Positions 1 to 11,254 of a stretch of 64,000 nucleotides of DNA are shown here, piece after piece. The notes under the pieces are model-generated. The model did no database searches and was not told where the DNA came from. It saw only the letters and a program-made list of their open reading frames with translations. The stretch's first letter is position 1, and the number at the start of each line of letters is the position of its first letter. A program made the translations under genes and the position numbers. Source of the DNA: Leucoraja erinacea (Eukaryota); NCBI RefSeq assembly GCF_028641065.1, contig NC_073391.1, forward strand, positions 24,490,001-24,554,000, read 5' to 3'.

Positions 1-396
1 ATTGCATCCAGGTGTTTGGGACAATAAGCTAATCTGAATCTGATTCTGAAGTGGGATGGACTGTGGTGTAGTGATTGCAGGAAAAGCATAGTATTGGGAA
101 CAGTGGGACTGTGGATTTGACAGCCAGCTGTGATCACAGGTAAGATTTTTACATTGACAGCAGAAGTGCTTATTAAAATTATTTCACCATTGCCCCCAAA
201 TACAGTCCAAACTCCAAAGTAAAGCATCATCCTAGGGGGTGCGGGAGGGGAGGGGGGGGGGAGAATGATCTTCCCCCTTCTCAGAGAGCAGGACCCCCAC
301 TGACTCATCCAAGAAATTGTCCCCTTTTACTTCTCCTCTTGGTTAAAATTCCTACGATTTGCAACTAGAGTGCATGTCCCCTTTAAAAGATTGCCT

Positions 397-830
397 CAAT
401 GGGTCAATGATACTTTATTTGGCACATGTACCGAGGTACGGTGACATTCATTTTTGTATATATTTCAGTATAGGTATCACTATACATACGCACTTAGATA
501 CATCTTATATAAGCATCCCGGATACAGTACAAGTGTATAGCAGTCATACACTGAAACAGTATACAGAGTCGCCTGATTTGGCACCAATTTCAAGTCCCGG
601 TTGATGTTAAATGTGCTACTGTTCCGTGCAGCTGCAGAGCACACCTGGTCCAGGGTGCTTGGCCTTTTGGATTGGCACCCAATCCAGCCGAGCCCCAGGC
701 TGCGGCAGAGCCTCCAACGGCCCACTTCATCATCGAGGTGCACTGCACTGCCTCCTGCAGCCGGTCTGCTTACCAGCCCACAATTCCAACTCCCTCCTCT
801 CTGGTTCATGGGGTGAGAAGGGGTGGGGCT
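397..830 (-). mobile_element. Non-autonomous retroelement with Rex/Babar-like 3' tail
   Basis: Minus-strand tail resembling gaatttcactgtacctcggtacatgtgacaataaa plus a cattgaac-like repeat. Related tails at ~7222, ~8405, ~16285, ~17170 and ~24070. Confidence 0.5.
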
Positions 831-2062
831 TGGCGGCTTCCTCTCTGGACTGGTTCCCGGTTACGCTGCGGTGAGCCAGGCTTGCTGTTGGGTATGGATT
901 GCGGCACCTCGAGACGACCTTTCACCATGTGGCATCTTTAAGCCACATCCAATTTACTTTCTCCAAATCAACATTTGGGCAGAGAGTCTCTTAAGAACTG
1001 ACAGTCTAAGTTCAAGACGGTGGATTAGAAAGCTATCATAACTTGGTATCAATTAACCAACTTGCTTCAACTAATCACTTAGAAAGACAGCATGGAGAAA
1101 TGGAAACTTGGCACTGATGCGGTAGGGGGTGACTTTGTGGGGGTTGAAGTTCCCCAGAGTCCAAACATAAAACAGAAAAAATAATTAACTTTCATCTCAC
1201 TCTGTTATACTGTATGTGTTTTGTTGTGGCTGAATAGTTTCTCCCTACCCAGTATTGGTGAATATAAAATCATTTTTGAACAGTAAATACACCCTCACTT
1301 ATTAAAGAGCACAAGAGTAAGTTATTGTAAATTACAACTCAAAACATATTTGGAATCCTTGTGTGTAATAGATTTTTAAAACGATTAGGCAAGAAGAACG
1401 AGTATTAGTAATAACTCAAACATTAACTGCAATGAAAGAGGGCTTTCCATTATACTTCGATGACAGTTAAGCACCTACTTAAGTTTATTTTTAGCAATTC
1501 AAAAAATCATTCATATGAATATGCCACTCATGAAACAAGACCATTGTGATAAAAGTTGTCATTATTTAAGGATAAATGCAGTTGAGAGTGTCTTTTACAC
1601 ATGATTAGCTTCAGCCGATTCCAAAAAAATGTCATCTTTTAAAAATTGTACCTCTTAAGCTATATATTTACATTTGAAAGCATATTAATTACATTGTGTA
1701 ATATAGTAACTCCAATATGTTCAGTTCATTCATATGGTCCTTCCATAAGCTAGGGTACTGTCTGATTCACCTCTACCCCATTGTGGACATTACATTTTGT
1801 CCATTGAACTGGTGTGCCACAGTATTGAGAACTATATTCTGCACACTGTATTTTCCCCTTTGCTTGCCCTGGTGTACTTGAATTTGATTTGTTTGTATTA
1901 ATGTATAGTATTATCCTTACACTGTATAGTGACAATAATAAACCTAACCTGAAACCTAAATCTTTCAACATTTGTTAATGATGACCTCAGGTGTGTTTTC
2001 ACCATACTCAGGTGAGCAATTATATTTTGGCGAGTGGTGTAGCAAACATGACCTATTTATAG

Positions 2063-3102
2063 TAGGTATGTTACAAAACCTACCTGAATCGTGGTTGAGA
2101 ATCTGTCCCAGCCCCGTGTGTGTGATTTTGGTACTGTTTAGAGGGGGCGGGTTTAAAACGCGATTTTTACTAGGCTGTTGCAATCGAAAATGTTCAGCCT
2201 AGTAAATCATTAACGGAAAATCGCTGAAAGACCCCGTCGCAAAAGGTATTATTCGTTTTTATGGCCTTGTATAATAGTTATAGTAGTTTAAAAATCACTC
2301 TCTAAACCCGCGACCTCTCGCAGCCCCAGGGTTTTATAAAGCAAACAATTAAAGGTATGTACCTTATTTTTACATTAAAGGGGGCTTCTTAAGAACCCTG
2401 TATATAAACTTTTCTATAGCGAATAGTTCATTTTGGGCTCTTTATATCCCGCAGTATTTTTCTGGGCATTTGAGGGCACAAATCCACTGCAATGTGAACG
2501 TTCTAAACCAGCGCGTTCACAGGAACCCACTAGAAAGTCGATTTAAATGGACTTTAATTTACAGCAATTGAACACTAAATTCCTTCAATTTGGCCTATAA
2601 ATTAATGTAAATGAGATTTAAAAATCATGTTTTATTGTGAATTATTTGTGAATATTATTTGGACACTTAGGCTATTTAAAAATGTTAATCATTTATTAAG
2701 AAATGGATAGATGTTTAGATCTAGTAATTGAAGTTTGAAATTAGCTACAATTGGGTAACTAACTAATTATATGCTTTAATTTCAGGTCCTCCAAGTAAGA
2801 TTATTTTATATTTGTTTCAGAATGGTTCAATCTATGATAACTGAAAATTTCATTCAGTTCTCTTAATTTTTAAGAAGGTTATGGGCTTTTGACTGTCCTC
2901 GATCACAGCTTTTTTGTTATGTCCATAGAAAATCAATAGGGAACAAGATGCTAATTTCCGAGTATGAAAATGGCCATAACTTTTTTATTACTTGAGATAT
3001 GAAAGTGAATTAGGTGTCAAATTAAACTTATTGTTATGCTTTATCTGATGGGATAAATTGCAGACTTGATTTTTTAAATCTCAAAATTTTGTAACATTGC
3101 TA
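2063..3102 (+). mobile_element. Non-autonomous TIR DNA element (TAG...CTA), copy 1
   Basis: Ends are TAGGTATGTTACAAAA and TTTTGTAACATTGCTA (16-bp imperfect TIR). Reverse-complement homologue of 4421-5448 over its full length. No TSD visible. Confidence 0.85.
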
Positions 3103-3320
3103 CACTGTGGGAAGCTAGAGCGGAAATTGCAGGTGCCCTGGCTGAGATATACGAGTCATTATTAAATACGGGTGAGGTGGCAAATGTGCCTCTATTTCAG
3201 AAGGGCTGTAAGGAAAAGCCTGGGAACTATAGGTCAGTGAGACTAACACCAGTGGTCGGAAAGTTATTAGAATATTTTGAGTGATAGGATATACATGCAT
3301 TTAGATGGACAAGGATGATT
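3103..3320 (+). mobile_element. CR1/HER1 LINE internal fragment
   Basis: aagcctgggaactataggtcagtgagactaacaccagtggtcggaaagtta corresponds to the PGNYRPVSLTSVVGKL motif of CR1 RT. Confidence 0.75.
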
Positions 3321-3929
3321 GCCGCAACATCCTAGTCTATCAATGAGGTTGTAAATATCAATTGTATATATACTAGACCCAAAGATACATGCACAATGTC
3401 AAATACCAGATTGGCTTCTGAATTTTTGCAATATGAGAAAAGGAAAAAAATAAATCTGTGTCCATAAACAGTAAGTGGAGACTTTTTTCTCAGAGAAACT
3501 ATTATAAATTATGCATTTTTGGGATAGACTTTCACTTGCAGCATGACCATTAGTGAATCAGATATGTCACTTCCATGAATATTTCCTCATAAATATTTCT
3601 TCTACCTATGATCAATTTCAATACATTTTGCATTTTGTTTTCTAAATTGTGCTGCCGGTTTCAAATGGAAATTAGCCTCTGGTTTACTGCATTTAAGAGA
3701 ATGAAATTGTACAATATCAGAAGGTTGTACTTGGAATTACATCAAATTACGCTCTGTTATATTGTATTAGGACCACAATACCAATTTACATATTATTCAA
3801 TGAAAATTCTCTGCATAATCGTGACGTGAACCTAGTGGTTTGGACCCACTTCAGTGAAATTGTTGCCCTTTTCCTGCTGAATCATGCCTCGATGCCACAA
3901 GGGTGCAGTTTGCCCTGGACTGTGAACCC

Positions 3930-5820
3930 ACCCACCATTTGCCACATCTTCCCATCTCCACCCATTTGTGCTTTTCACAGAGACCGTTCCCACCGCAGCC
4001 GCCTGTTTAACTCGTCCCTTCCCACCCTAACCACCCCCAGGTACTTTCCCCCCCAATCGCAGGAGATTCAACACCTGTCCCTATACCTCCCCCCTCAACT
4101 CCGTCCAAGGACCCCAACAGTCTTTTCAGGCGAGGCAGAGGTTCACTTGCACTTCCTCCAACCTCATCTAATGTATCTGCTGTTCCAGGTGTGGACTCCT
4201 ATATATCGGCTCTTTGATCGTTTCGCTGAACACCTGTGCTCAGTCTGCCTAAAGCTGCCTGATCTCCTGGTTGCTAAGCACTTTAACACCCCCTCCCATT
4301 CTCACACTGAACCTTCTGGCCTGGGTCTCATCCATTGTCAGAGTGAGGCCCAGCACAAATTGGAGGAACAACACTTCATATTTGGCTTGGGCAGCTTTTA
4401 CCCCAGCAGTATGAATATTGTAGCAATGTTACAAAATTTTGAGATTTAAAACATCAAGTCTGCAATTTATCCCATCAGATAAAGCATAACAATAAGTTTA
4501 ATTTGACACCTAATTCACTTTCATATCTCAAGTAATAAAAAAGTTATGGCCATTTTCATACTCGGAAATTAGCATCTTGTTCCCTATTGATTTTCTATGG
4601 ACATAACAAAAAAGCTGTGATCGTGGACAGTCAAAAGCACATAACCTTCTTAAAAATTAAGAGAACTGAATGAAATTTTCAGTTATCATAGATTGAACCA
4701 TTCTGAAACAAATATAAAATAATCTTACTTGGATGACCTGAAATTAAAGCATATAATTAGTTAGTTACCCAATTGTAGCTAATTTCAAACTTCAATTTAC
4801 TAGATCTAAACATCTATCCATTTCTTAATAAATGATTAACATTTTTAAATAGCCTAAGTGTCCAAATAATATTCACAAATAATTCACAATAAAACATGAT
4901 TTTTAAATCTCATTTACATCAATTTATAGGCCAATTGGAAGGAATTTAGTGTTCAATTGCTTTAAATTAAAGTCAATTTAAATCGGCTTTCTAGTGGGTT
5001 CCTGTGAACGCGCTGGTTTAGAACGTTCACATTGCGCTGGATTTGTGCCCTCAAATGCCCAGAAAAATACTGCGGGATGTAAAGAGCCCAAAATGAGCCA
5101 CTCGCTATAGAAAACTTTATAAACAGGATTATATACATGCCCATTTAATGTTAAAATAAGGTACATACCTTTAATTGTTTGCTTTATAAAACCCTGGGGC
5201 TGCGAGAGGTTGCGAGTTTAGAGAGTGATTTTTAAATTACTCTAACTATTTTACAAGGCCATAAAAACTAATAATACCTTTTGCGACGGGGTCTTTCAGC
5301 GATTTTCCGTTAATGATTTACTAGGCTGAACATTTTCGATTGCAACAGCCTAGTAAAAATCGCGTTTTAAACCCGCACCCTCTAAACAGCACACAAGGGG
5401 TGGGGCAGCTGCTCAGCCACGATTCAGGTAGGTTTTGTAACATACCTAAATATTGACTGTTCCAACTTCAATTAACCATTCAATTTCCCATTCTCTCCAT
5501 CCCCTCCCCCTTCCCAGTTCTCCAACCAGTCGAACTGTCCTCGATTATATTTTACCTCTGCTTGCCTTGTTGTTACCTTCTCCTAGCTAACAATGATCTA
5601 TTCTACACTCTCCTTGACCTTCTGCATCCCCTTTGTCTCATTTTCGCACCTTACACTTCCTTATCTTTGTATCTCCCTCTCCCCTATCAGTCGGAAAAAG
5701 GGTCTCCACCCAAAACATCACCCATTCCTTCTATCCAGAGATGCTGCCTGTACCGCTGAGTTACATCAGCATTTTGTGTCTATCTTCGGTTTAAACCAGC
5801 ATCTGCAGTTCCTTCCTACA
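3930..5820 (+). mobile_element. Penelope-like element 3' part (GIY-YIG endonuclease end plus pseudo-LTR), interrupted by 4421-5448
   Basis: Peptide FDRFAEHLCSV...PDLLVAKHFNTPSHSH...LGLIHCQSEAQHKLEEQHFIFGLG...MNI is typical of the PLE GIY-YIG C-terminus. It resumes after 5455 into the pLTR (gatgctgcctgtaccgctgagttac). Confidence 0.82.
4421..5448 (-). mobile_element. Non-autonomous TIR DNA element (TAG...CTA), copy 2, 7-bp TSD
   Basis: AATATTG|TAGCAATGTTACAAAA...TTTTGTAACATACCTA|AATATTG. Splits a Penelope-like ORF end. Confidence 0.88.
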
Positions 5821-6656
5821 GATTAAACTGATATTAACTGAAATTCTCTGCAAGAATATAGGTTTATGTGATATTACCAAATACACTCGCTCAACGTTCA
5901 GATATTGATGGTGCATTATATGCCACATTTCAGTCGAAAATAATTTTACAGCTTCCAATGTTAGGAATTTGCCTGTTTGGCAAGTACTTTGCCCCTTTCT
6001 AGATGAGTCCTACAAAAGGTTAAAACATCATTTCACATAACAGATTCTAATTTTATTTTCCCAGAAGCAATTGTGAATCCCATTCCACTTTGGTTTGGTA
6101 TATTTAAAGGGAAGCCGTAAAAATTGATGCCTATTTTAGGACGCATCTCATGATTTAGAGTTAGGGTCAACTATATTTGAAAATATAGTTATAACAGCAA
6201 TAGCATTTCACTCCAACACAAGTGTCTTTACCAGCAAGTGGCTTCTGTGCTTCAATTAAGTAGTATAGCCTCCAGCTTTAATGCTTATTCAACACTGGAA
6301 CCATTTATTGGTTCATAAAATCCTGACGTGCACCTACTTTTGCTTGATTTTTCCTTGTGTTTTGGGAGTACATTGAAATTGGATCAATACTCTGGTTCAG
6401 ACCTCCAATGATAGATATATTTGAACCGAACAATAATTATTTTAATGCCATAAGAAAATATGAATGTGTTTCCCTGGGGTGGAGGGGTATGGTCAGAGGG
6501 GCTGAACATGGGATGGTACCTAGTGTCATTTTCATTCCAATCTACGTATTATGTATTAATGACTTGAATTTGAAAGGTACCAAGTAACACATAATGAATA
6601 ATTAAAATAGGTATAATTAACCTGAATAAGGGTCATGACACAAAATGTCACATTCT

Positions 6657-7020
6657 TAATGGTTTGAACATGCTGGAGGCAGGAAACATGTTCCCAGTGT
6701 TGGGGGAGTCCAGAACCAGGGGCCACAGTTTAAGAATAAGGGGTAAGCCATTTAGAACAGAGATGAGGAAAAACTTTTTCACTCAGAGAGTTATGAGTGT
6801 GTGGAATTTTCTGCCTCAGAGAGCGGTGGAGTCTGGTTCTGTGGATGCTTTCAAGAGGGAGTTAGATAGAGCTCTTGGGGATAGCGGAGTTAAGGCATAA
6901 TAAGAGAAGGAAGGAATGGGGTACTGATTTTGGATGATCAGCCATGATCACATTGAATGGCAGTGCTGGCTTGAAGGGCCGAATGGCCTGCTCCTGCACC
7001 TATTGTCTATTGTCTATTGT
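6657..7020 (+). mobile_element. HER1/CR1 LINE 3' end
   Basis: MFPVLGESRTRGHSLRIRGKPFRTEMRKNFFTQRV...FKRELD, 3' UTR gaagggccgaatggcct, and a (ctattgt)n tail. Confidence 0.9.
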
Positions 7021-9860
7021 CCAGAAATGCTGCTTGTCCCACTAAGTTACTCCAGTATTTTCTGTCTATCGCCAGTGTAATCCAGCATCTGCAGTTCCTT
7101 CCTGCACATTTCAGGATTAAATTTGTATTGATATTAGAGATTAAAGAAACGGCTGGAATCTTGAGCAAAACACACACTGCTGGAGGGACTCAACAGTTCA
7201 GGCCCCCTAGGATGATACACATTCAATGGTTCAATGGTCCAATAGTGCTTTATTTGTCACATATGCAACTGCACAGTGAAATTCTTTTTGCATATATTAC
7301 ACATGCGGGCATCACATTTTTTGACGCCATTATTCAAAGTCCAAAGTCCGGTTGGCCTGCGGCTCGATGTACTGCTGCAGGTCCTGTAAACCGACGTTCC
7401 TCTCCTCTCCTCGTCCAGCCATTTCCGTGTCACTGGGGGGTCCCTCCTGCAGCTGACCTTGAAGGTGCTGGAGGCCTTACCCCAGTTCACCCTCCTACAG
7501 GCCCTTGCTCCTCGCATCTGACGTCCCCAGTTCCCTCCTGGTCCCACCCACCGACCAGCCTTTGGGGTGGTCGGTGACCCTCCATCTTGCCCTGAAGGGC
7601 CACAGGGCAAGATGGAGTGTCGAGGGACACACATTATTATGGATAGATGATTTGGCCAACAGAGATTGGGGATAAATGGATCATTTTCACTTTGACAAAC
7701 CGCAGTATGTGTGGTACTTCAGAGACTAGTGTCTAGGCTTCAGCTATTGATGAACTATCACAATGACTGAAGAGAGGGGGCCGCATAATATTTCTGAGTT
7801 TGCCGATGAGACCGAAACTAGATAGAAAACAAAGCCACTTTGACACCAAGAGTCTGCAAGTGGATACAGACAGAATAAAGAAGTAGGCAAGGAGATGACA
7901 GATAGACCATGGCAACACAGGAATATGTGAGATCATTCATTTTGACAGGAAAAGTAAAAAACTGAATATTTTAATGTATTATACACTATTAAATCTTGCT
8001 GATCATATGAATTTGGCTGAACTTGCACAATTAAGGCTAGCAAGAGCGAGGAAAAAAAGCAGGGATTTGGAGGAAGAAGGAGGAGGCTTTGCTGAAGTTG
8101 TGTGGGCCTTAGCTTTTTTCTCCAGACCTAAACCTAATTATTAATCCACACACGTAGATGAAGTCCCGCAACAACCCAATGCACTGAATGATTCCTGCTG
8201 TTTCACTGGATGATGGTTGTAAAATTAACCAGCCAGCAGTTGGGAAACCAGAAAGTTGGCTATTATCACTTGCACTTTTGATCAAACTGTTTGTTTCATT
8301 TTCCCCATAATGTCTCCTATTTTGCAAAGTATCAAATGAAATAAAGGAAACAAAGCAAATAAAGCCTATGCCAGTGTTGAATATTGCCGCCTCAATGCTT
8401 CTATGGTTCAATGGTTCTTTATTATCATTGGTACCAAAGTACAGTGAAATTATGTTTTTGCATTCGGATCAATAAGATTAATGCCATACGTAAATACAAT
8501 CCCTGATTAATAGTTCAACTCAGTGCCTGACTGATGCTCTTGGTAGTAATGTCCAGTGCTTGTTATTTGCGCATTGGCAAGAGTACCAGAACCAGTTGTT
8601 TGTTGAATTTCTGTCTGCTTCCCTCAGAGATCTTTTCATTTTAGATTGGAGAGAAATTGAAAGTGGAGTGGGTCTGTAAGCTCGGACAGGCTGATGGAGA
8701 TTTTGAGAAGAAATATGTCAGAAATTGGAAGAACCTGACACATCAAGTTTGCAGTAAACTGTCCCACCTGCTCCATGGGAATCACAGCAGATTAAAAATT
8801 GACTGCAATTATTGCAGAGACACAAAAGACTGCAGATGCTGGAATCTTGAGCAAAAACCAAACTGCAGGAACAGTGGGACAGACAGAATCTGTAGAAGAA
8901 AATGAATAGGTGACGTTTCAAGTCGGGACCCTTCTTCAAATAGATTTTAAACATACCCTTTGGAGAGATGCGGGGAATTGGAGGAATACTGAACTTTCAC
9001 ACAATGGAGGCCTGAAGTGCGGCAAGAGGCTACAGAGGAATTTTAACACAAGGATGTGAATTTTAAAGCTGAGTTGAAGCAAAGCTGGCAGTATTAATGA
9101 GTGAGAATTATACAGAAGGAACTAAAGTAAAAGACAAATGAATGGACACCCCCATGCAATTGTATTTTTTAAAATAAAACCCTGGGAAGTAAAACAATCA
9201 GGTTTCCTTTTGGGGTTTAGATGTACTATTTTAGTGGATGATTTATGGTTGAAGTTTTCAAAAAAGTAGGTTGCGGTTGACAGATGTTTTCTTCAAAAGG
9301 TAGGGCAGCCCTAGTTTCAGGGATTATTTACATATTTATTCAATATTTGCAACATACAGAGAAGTAAAACTTCAAACCAAAGGGCAGAACGTACCGTTCG
9401 TTTACATCTCCTGGGCAGGATTTGGATCAACCTTTGGTCAATCTCTTGATCAACAGGAGACAAAAAGTAGCCAAAGAATGCCAGAAAAGGAACGGTGTGT
9501 GAAATGTTAAGCCAGTGGGAGGGATATGGGTGAAATAGGGCAGGGGTGGGAGAAGACTGTCATCATTGGGTTCATCTGGCAAGGAGCAATTGTACTAACT
9601 GTCTTCTCAATGCTTGCTCTGCCTTCTGTGAAGCTTTTCTTTAATGCTACCGGATTTCCAGATTGATGTTTTCATTACTGATTTTGACTGTTCTTTCATC
9701 GATTGCATTCAGGAAAACTATGCATTAAAAGGTAACTCCCTCCACAGCCTTTTGGTGTGCTGGTCACCACGGATGTACATGGTGACATTGCATCCCTTGT
9801 GTTGAATACTTCCTCATGAGGAATCTTTGTATAAGCTTATTTCTTCCTTGCATGTTATCA

Positions 9861-10160
9861 GGGTGGCGCAGTGGTAGAGTTGCTGCCTTACAGCGCAAGA
9901 GACCCAAGCTTGATCCTGACTACTGGCATTGTCTGTGCGGAGTTTGTACGTTCTCCCTGAGACCGCGTGGGTTTTCTCTGAGAGCTGCAGTTTCCTCCCA
10001 CACTCCAAAGACATACAGGTTTGTAGGTTAATTGGCTTCGGTAAGAATTGTAATTTGTCCCTAGTGCATAGGATACTGCTAGTGTACGGGGATCGCTGGT
10101 CAGCGCGGACTTGGTGGGCCGAAGGGCCAGTTTCCACGCTATATCTCTAAAGTAAACTAA
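9861..10160 (+). mobile_element. tRNA-derived V-SINE (HE1-like)
   Basis: tRNA-like head ggtggcgcagtggtagag, V-domain gttctccctgagaccgcgtgggttttctc, and CR1-shared tail gggccgaagggcc. Confidence 0.88.
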
Positions 10161-10589
10161 AAAAGATAGAATAAGAGGCAAGGTGGTACAAGAATAAGTT
10201 CCACTGCACCCAGGACAGACACTTTCCCAGCATTTCCTAGCATCTCTCTAGAACATAGGTCCCATGCAGAAAATCACATTTTCCATCTGATTATAGAGTG
10301 TCAGAGAAACCTGCACTGCAATAGAGCAGATTTATAAAACTAATTTCACTGCACATCCTTTACAAATAAGTACTGTAAACAAAAACGTGAAATACAGCTT
10401 CAACTGTACTTTTGGAAAGGAAAATAATAAGATATTTTAAAATAAAACATCTCAAGCCAACACCCTCTGCTTTTGAAGTTTAATTAATTTGAAGTAAATT
10501 TTCTGCGAAAAAGGACACGTCACACCGGCTGCTGAATTGAATATTGCGATTCCCTCGACATTTTCTGAAGACTCCATCCTTTCCATTAT

Positions 10590-10892
10590 GTAATAAGAAG
10601 GAACCGCAGATGCTGGGCTTTTGCCACAAAATGGTGCAGCAACTCAGCGGATCAGGCAGCATCCCTGGAGAAAATGGGTTGGTGATGTTTCGGGTCTGTC
10701 TCTCGCCAATAGTCAGCCTGAGGTCAACTGTTGCCAGCTCTGATTTATCCAGATTTTTCTTTGCTTCCAGTTCTTTCTGCTACTTTACAACAATCAGTGA
10801 GAAGAAGGGTCCAGACATGAAACGTCACCTATCCCATTTCCCCAGGGATGCTGCCTGACCTGCTGAGTTAATGCAGCATTTTATGTCTATCC
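10590..10892. mobile_element. Fold-back Penelope-derived element (two inverted pLTR halves)
   Basis: aactcagcggatcaggcagcatccctgga...ggtgatgtttcgggtc is inverse to atgaaacgtcacctatcc...gatgctgcctgacctgctgagtt. Confidence 0.7.
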
Positions 10893-11254
10893 TTTCCTTT
10901 ATAGCCATCTAGCTGTAGAATCCTAAGAATTGGAAGTTACTGTTGACATTGGTCTGGCCACAAATGGTGCTGAATTATGTAAATTACTCATAAAGATTTT
11001 ATGGCTCAACTGAGGATATGCAAATTTGATTTGATACCATGCCATTTGATGGGATGAAAAATGAGTTGCATATGTGGACAGAAGCCAGGATTGTCCTCAA
11101 ACAAGAGAGGTGATTAGATGGTTTTCAAAATCATGTAAGACTTAGGATGAGTGAATAATGAGAAACTGTTCTTGCTGGAAGAAGGATTGAGAGCTAGGTT
11201 TAGAATAAATGATAAAGGAACTAAGGTTGATGTGAGGAAAAGTTTATAATTTTA

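Noticed and set aside
9861-9930. tRNA-like A/B boxes (also ~23570, ~30465, ~31860, ~34360)
   Set aside because: These are SINE heads followed by V-domain and tail, or truncated. They do not form complete cloverleafs.
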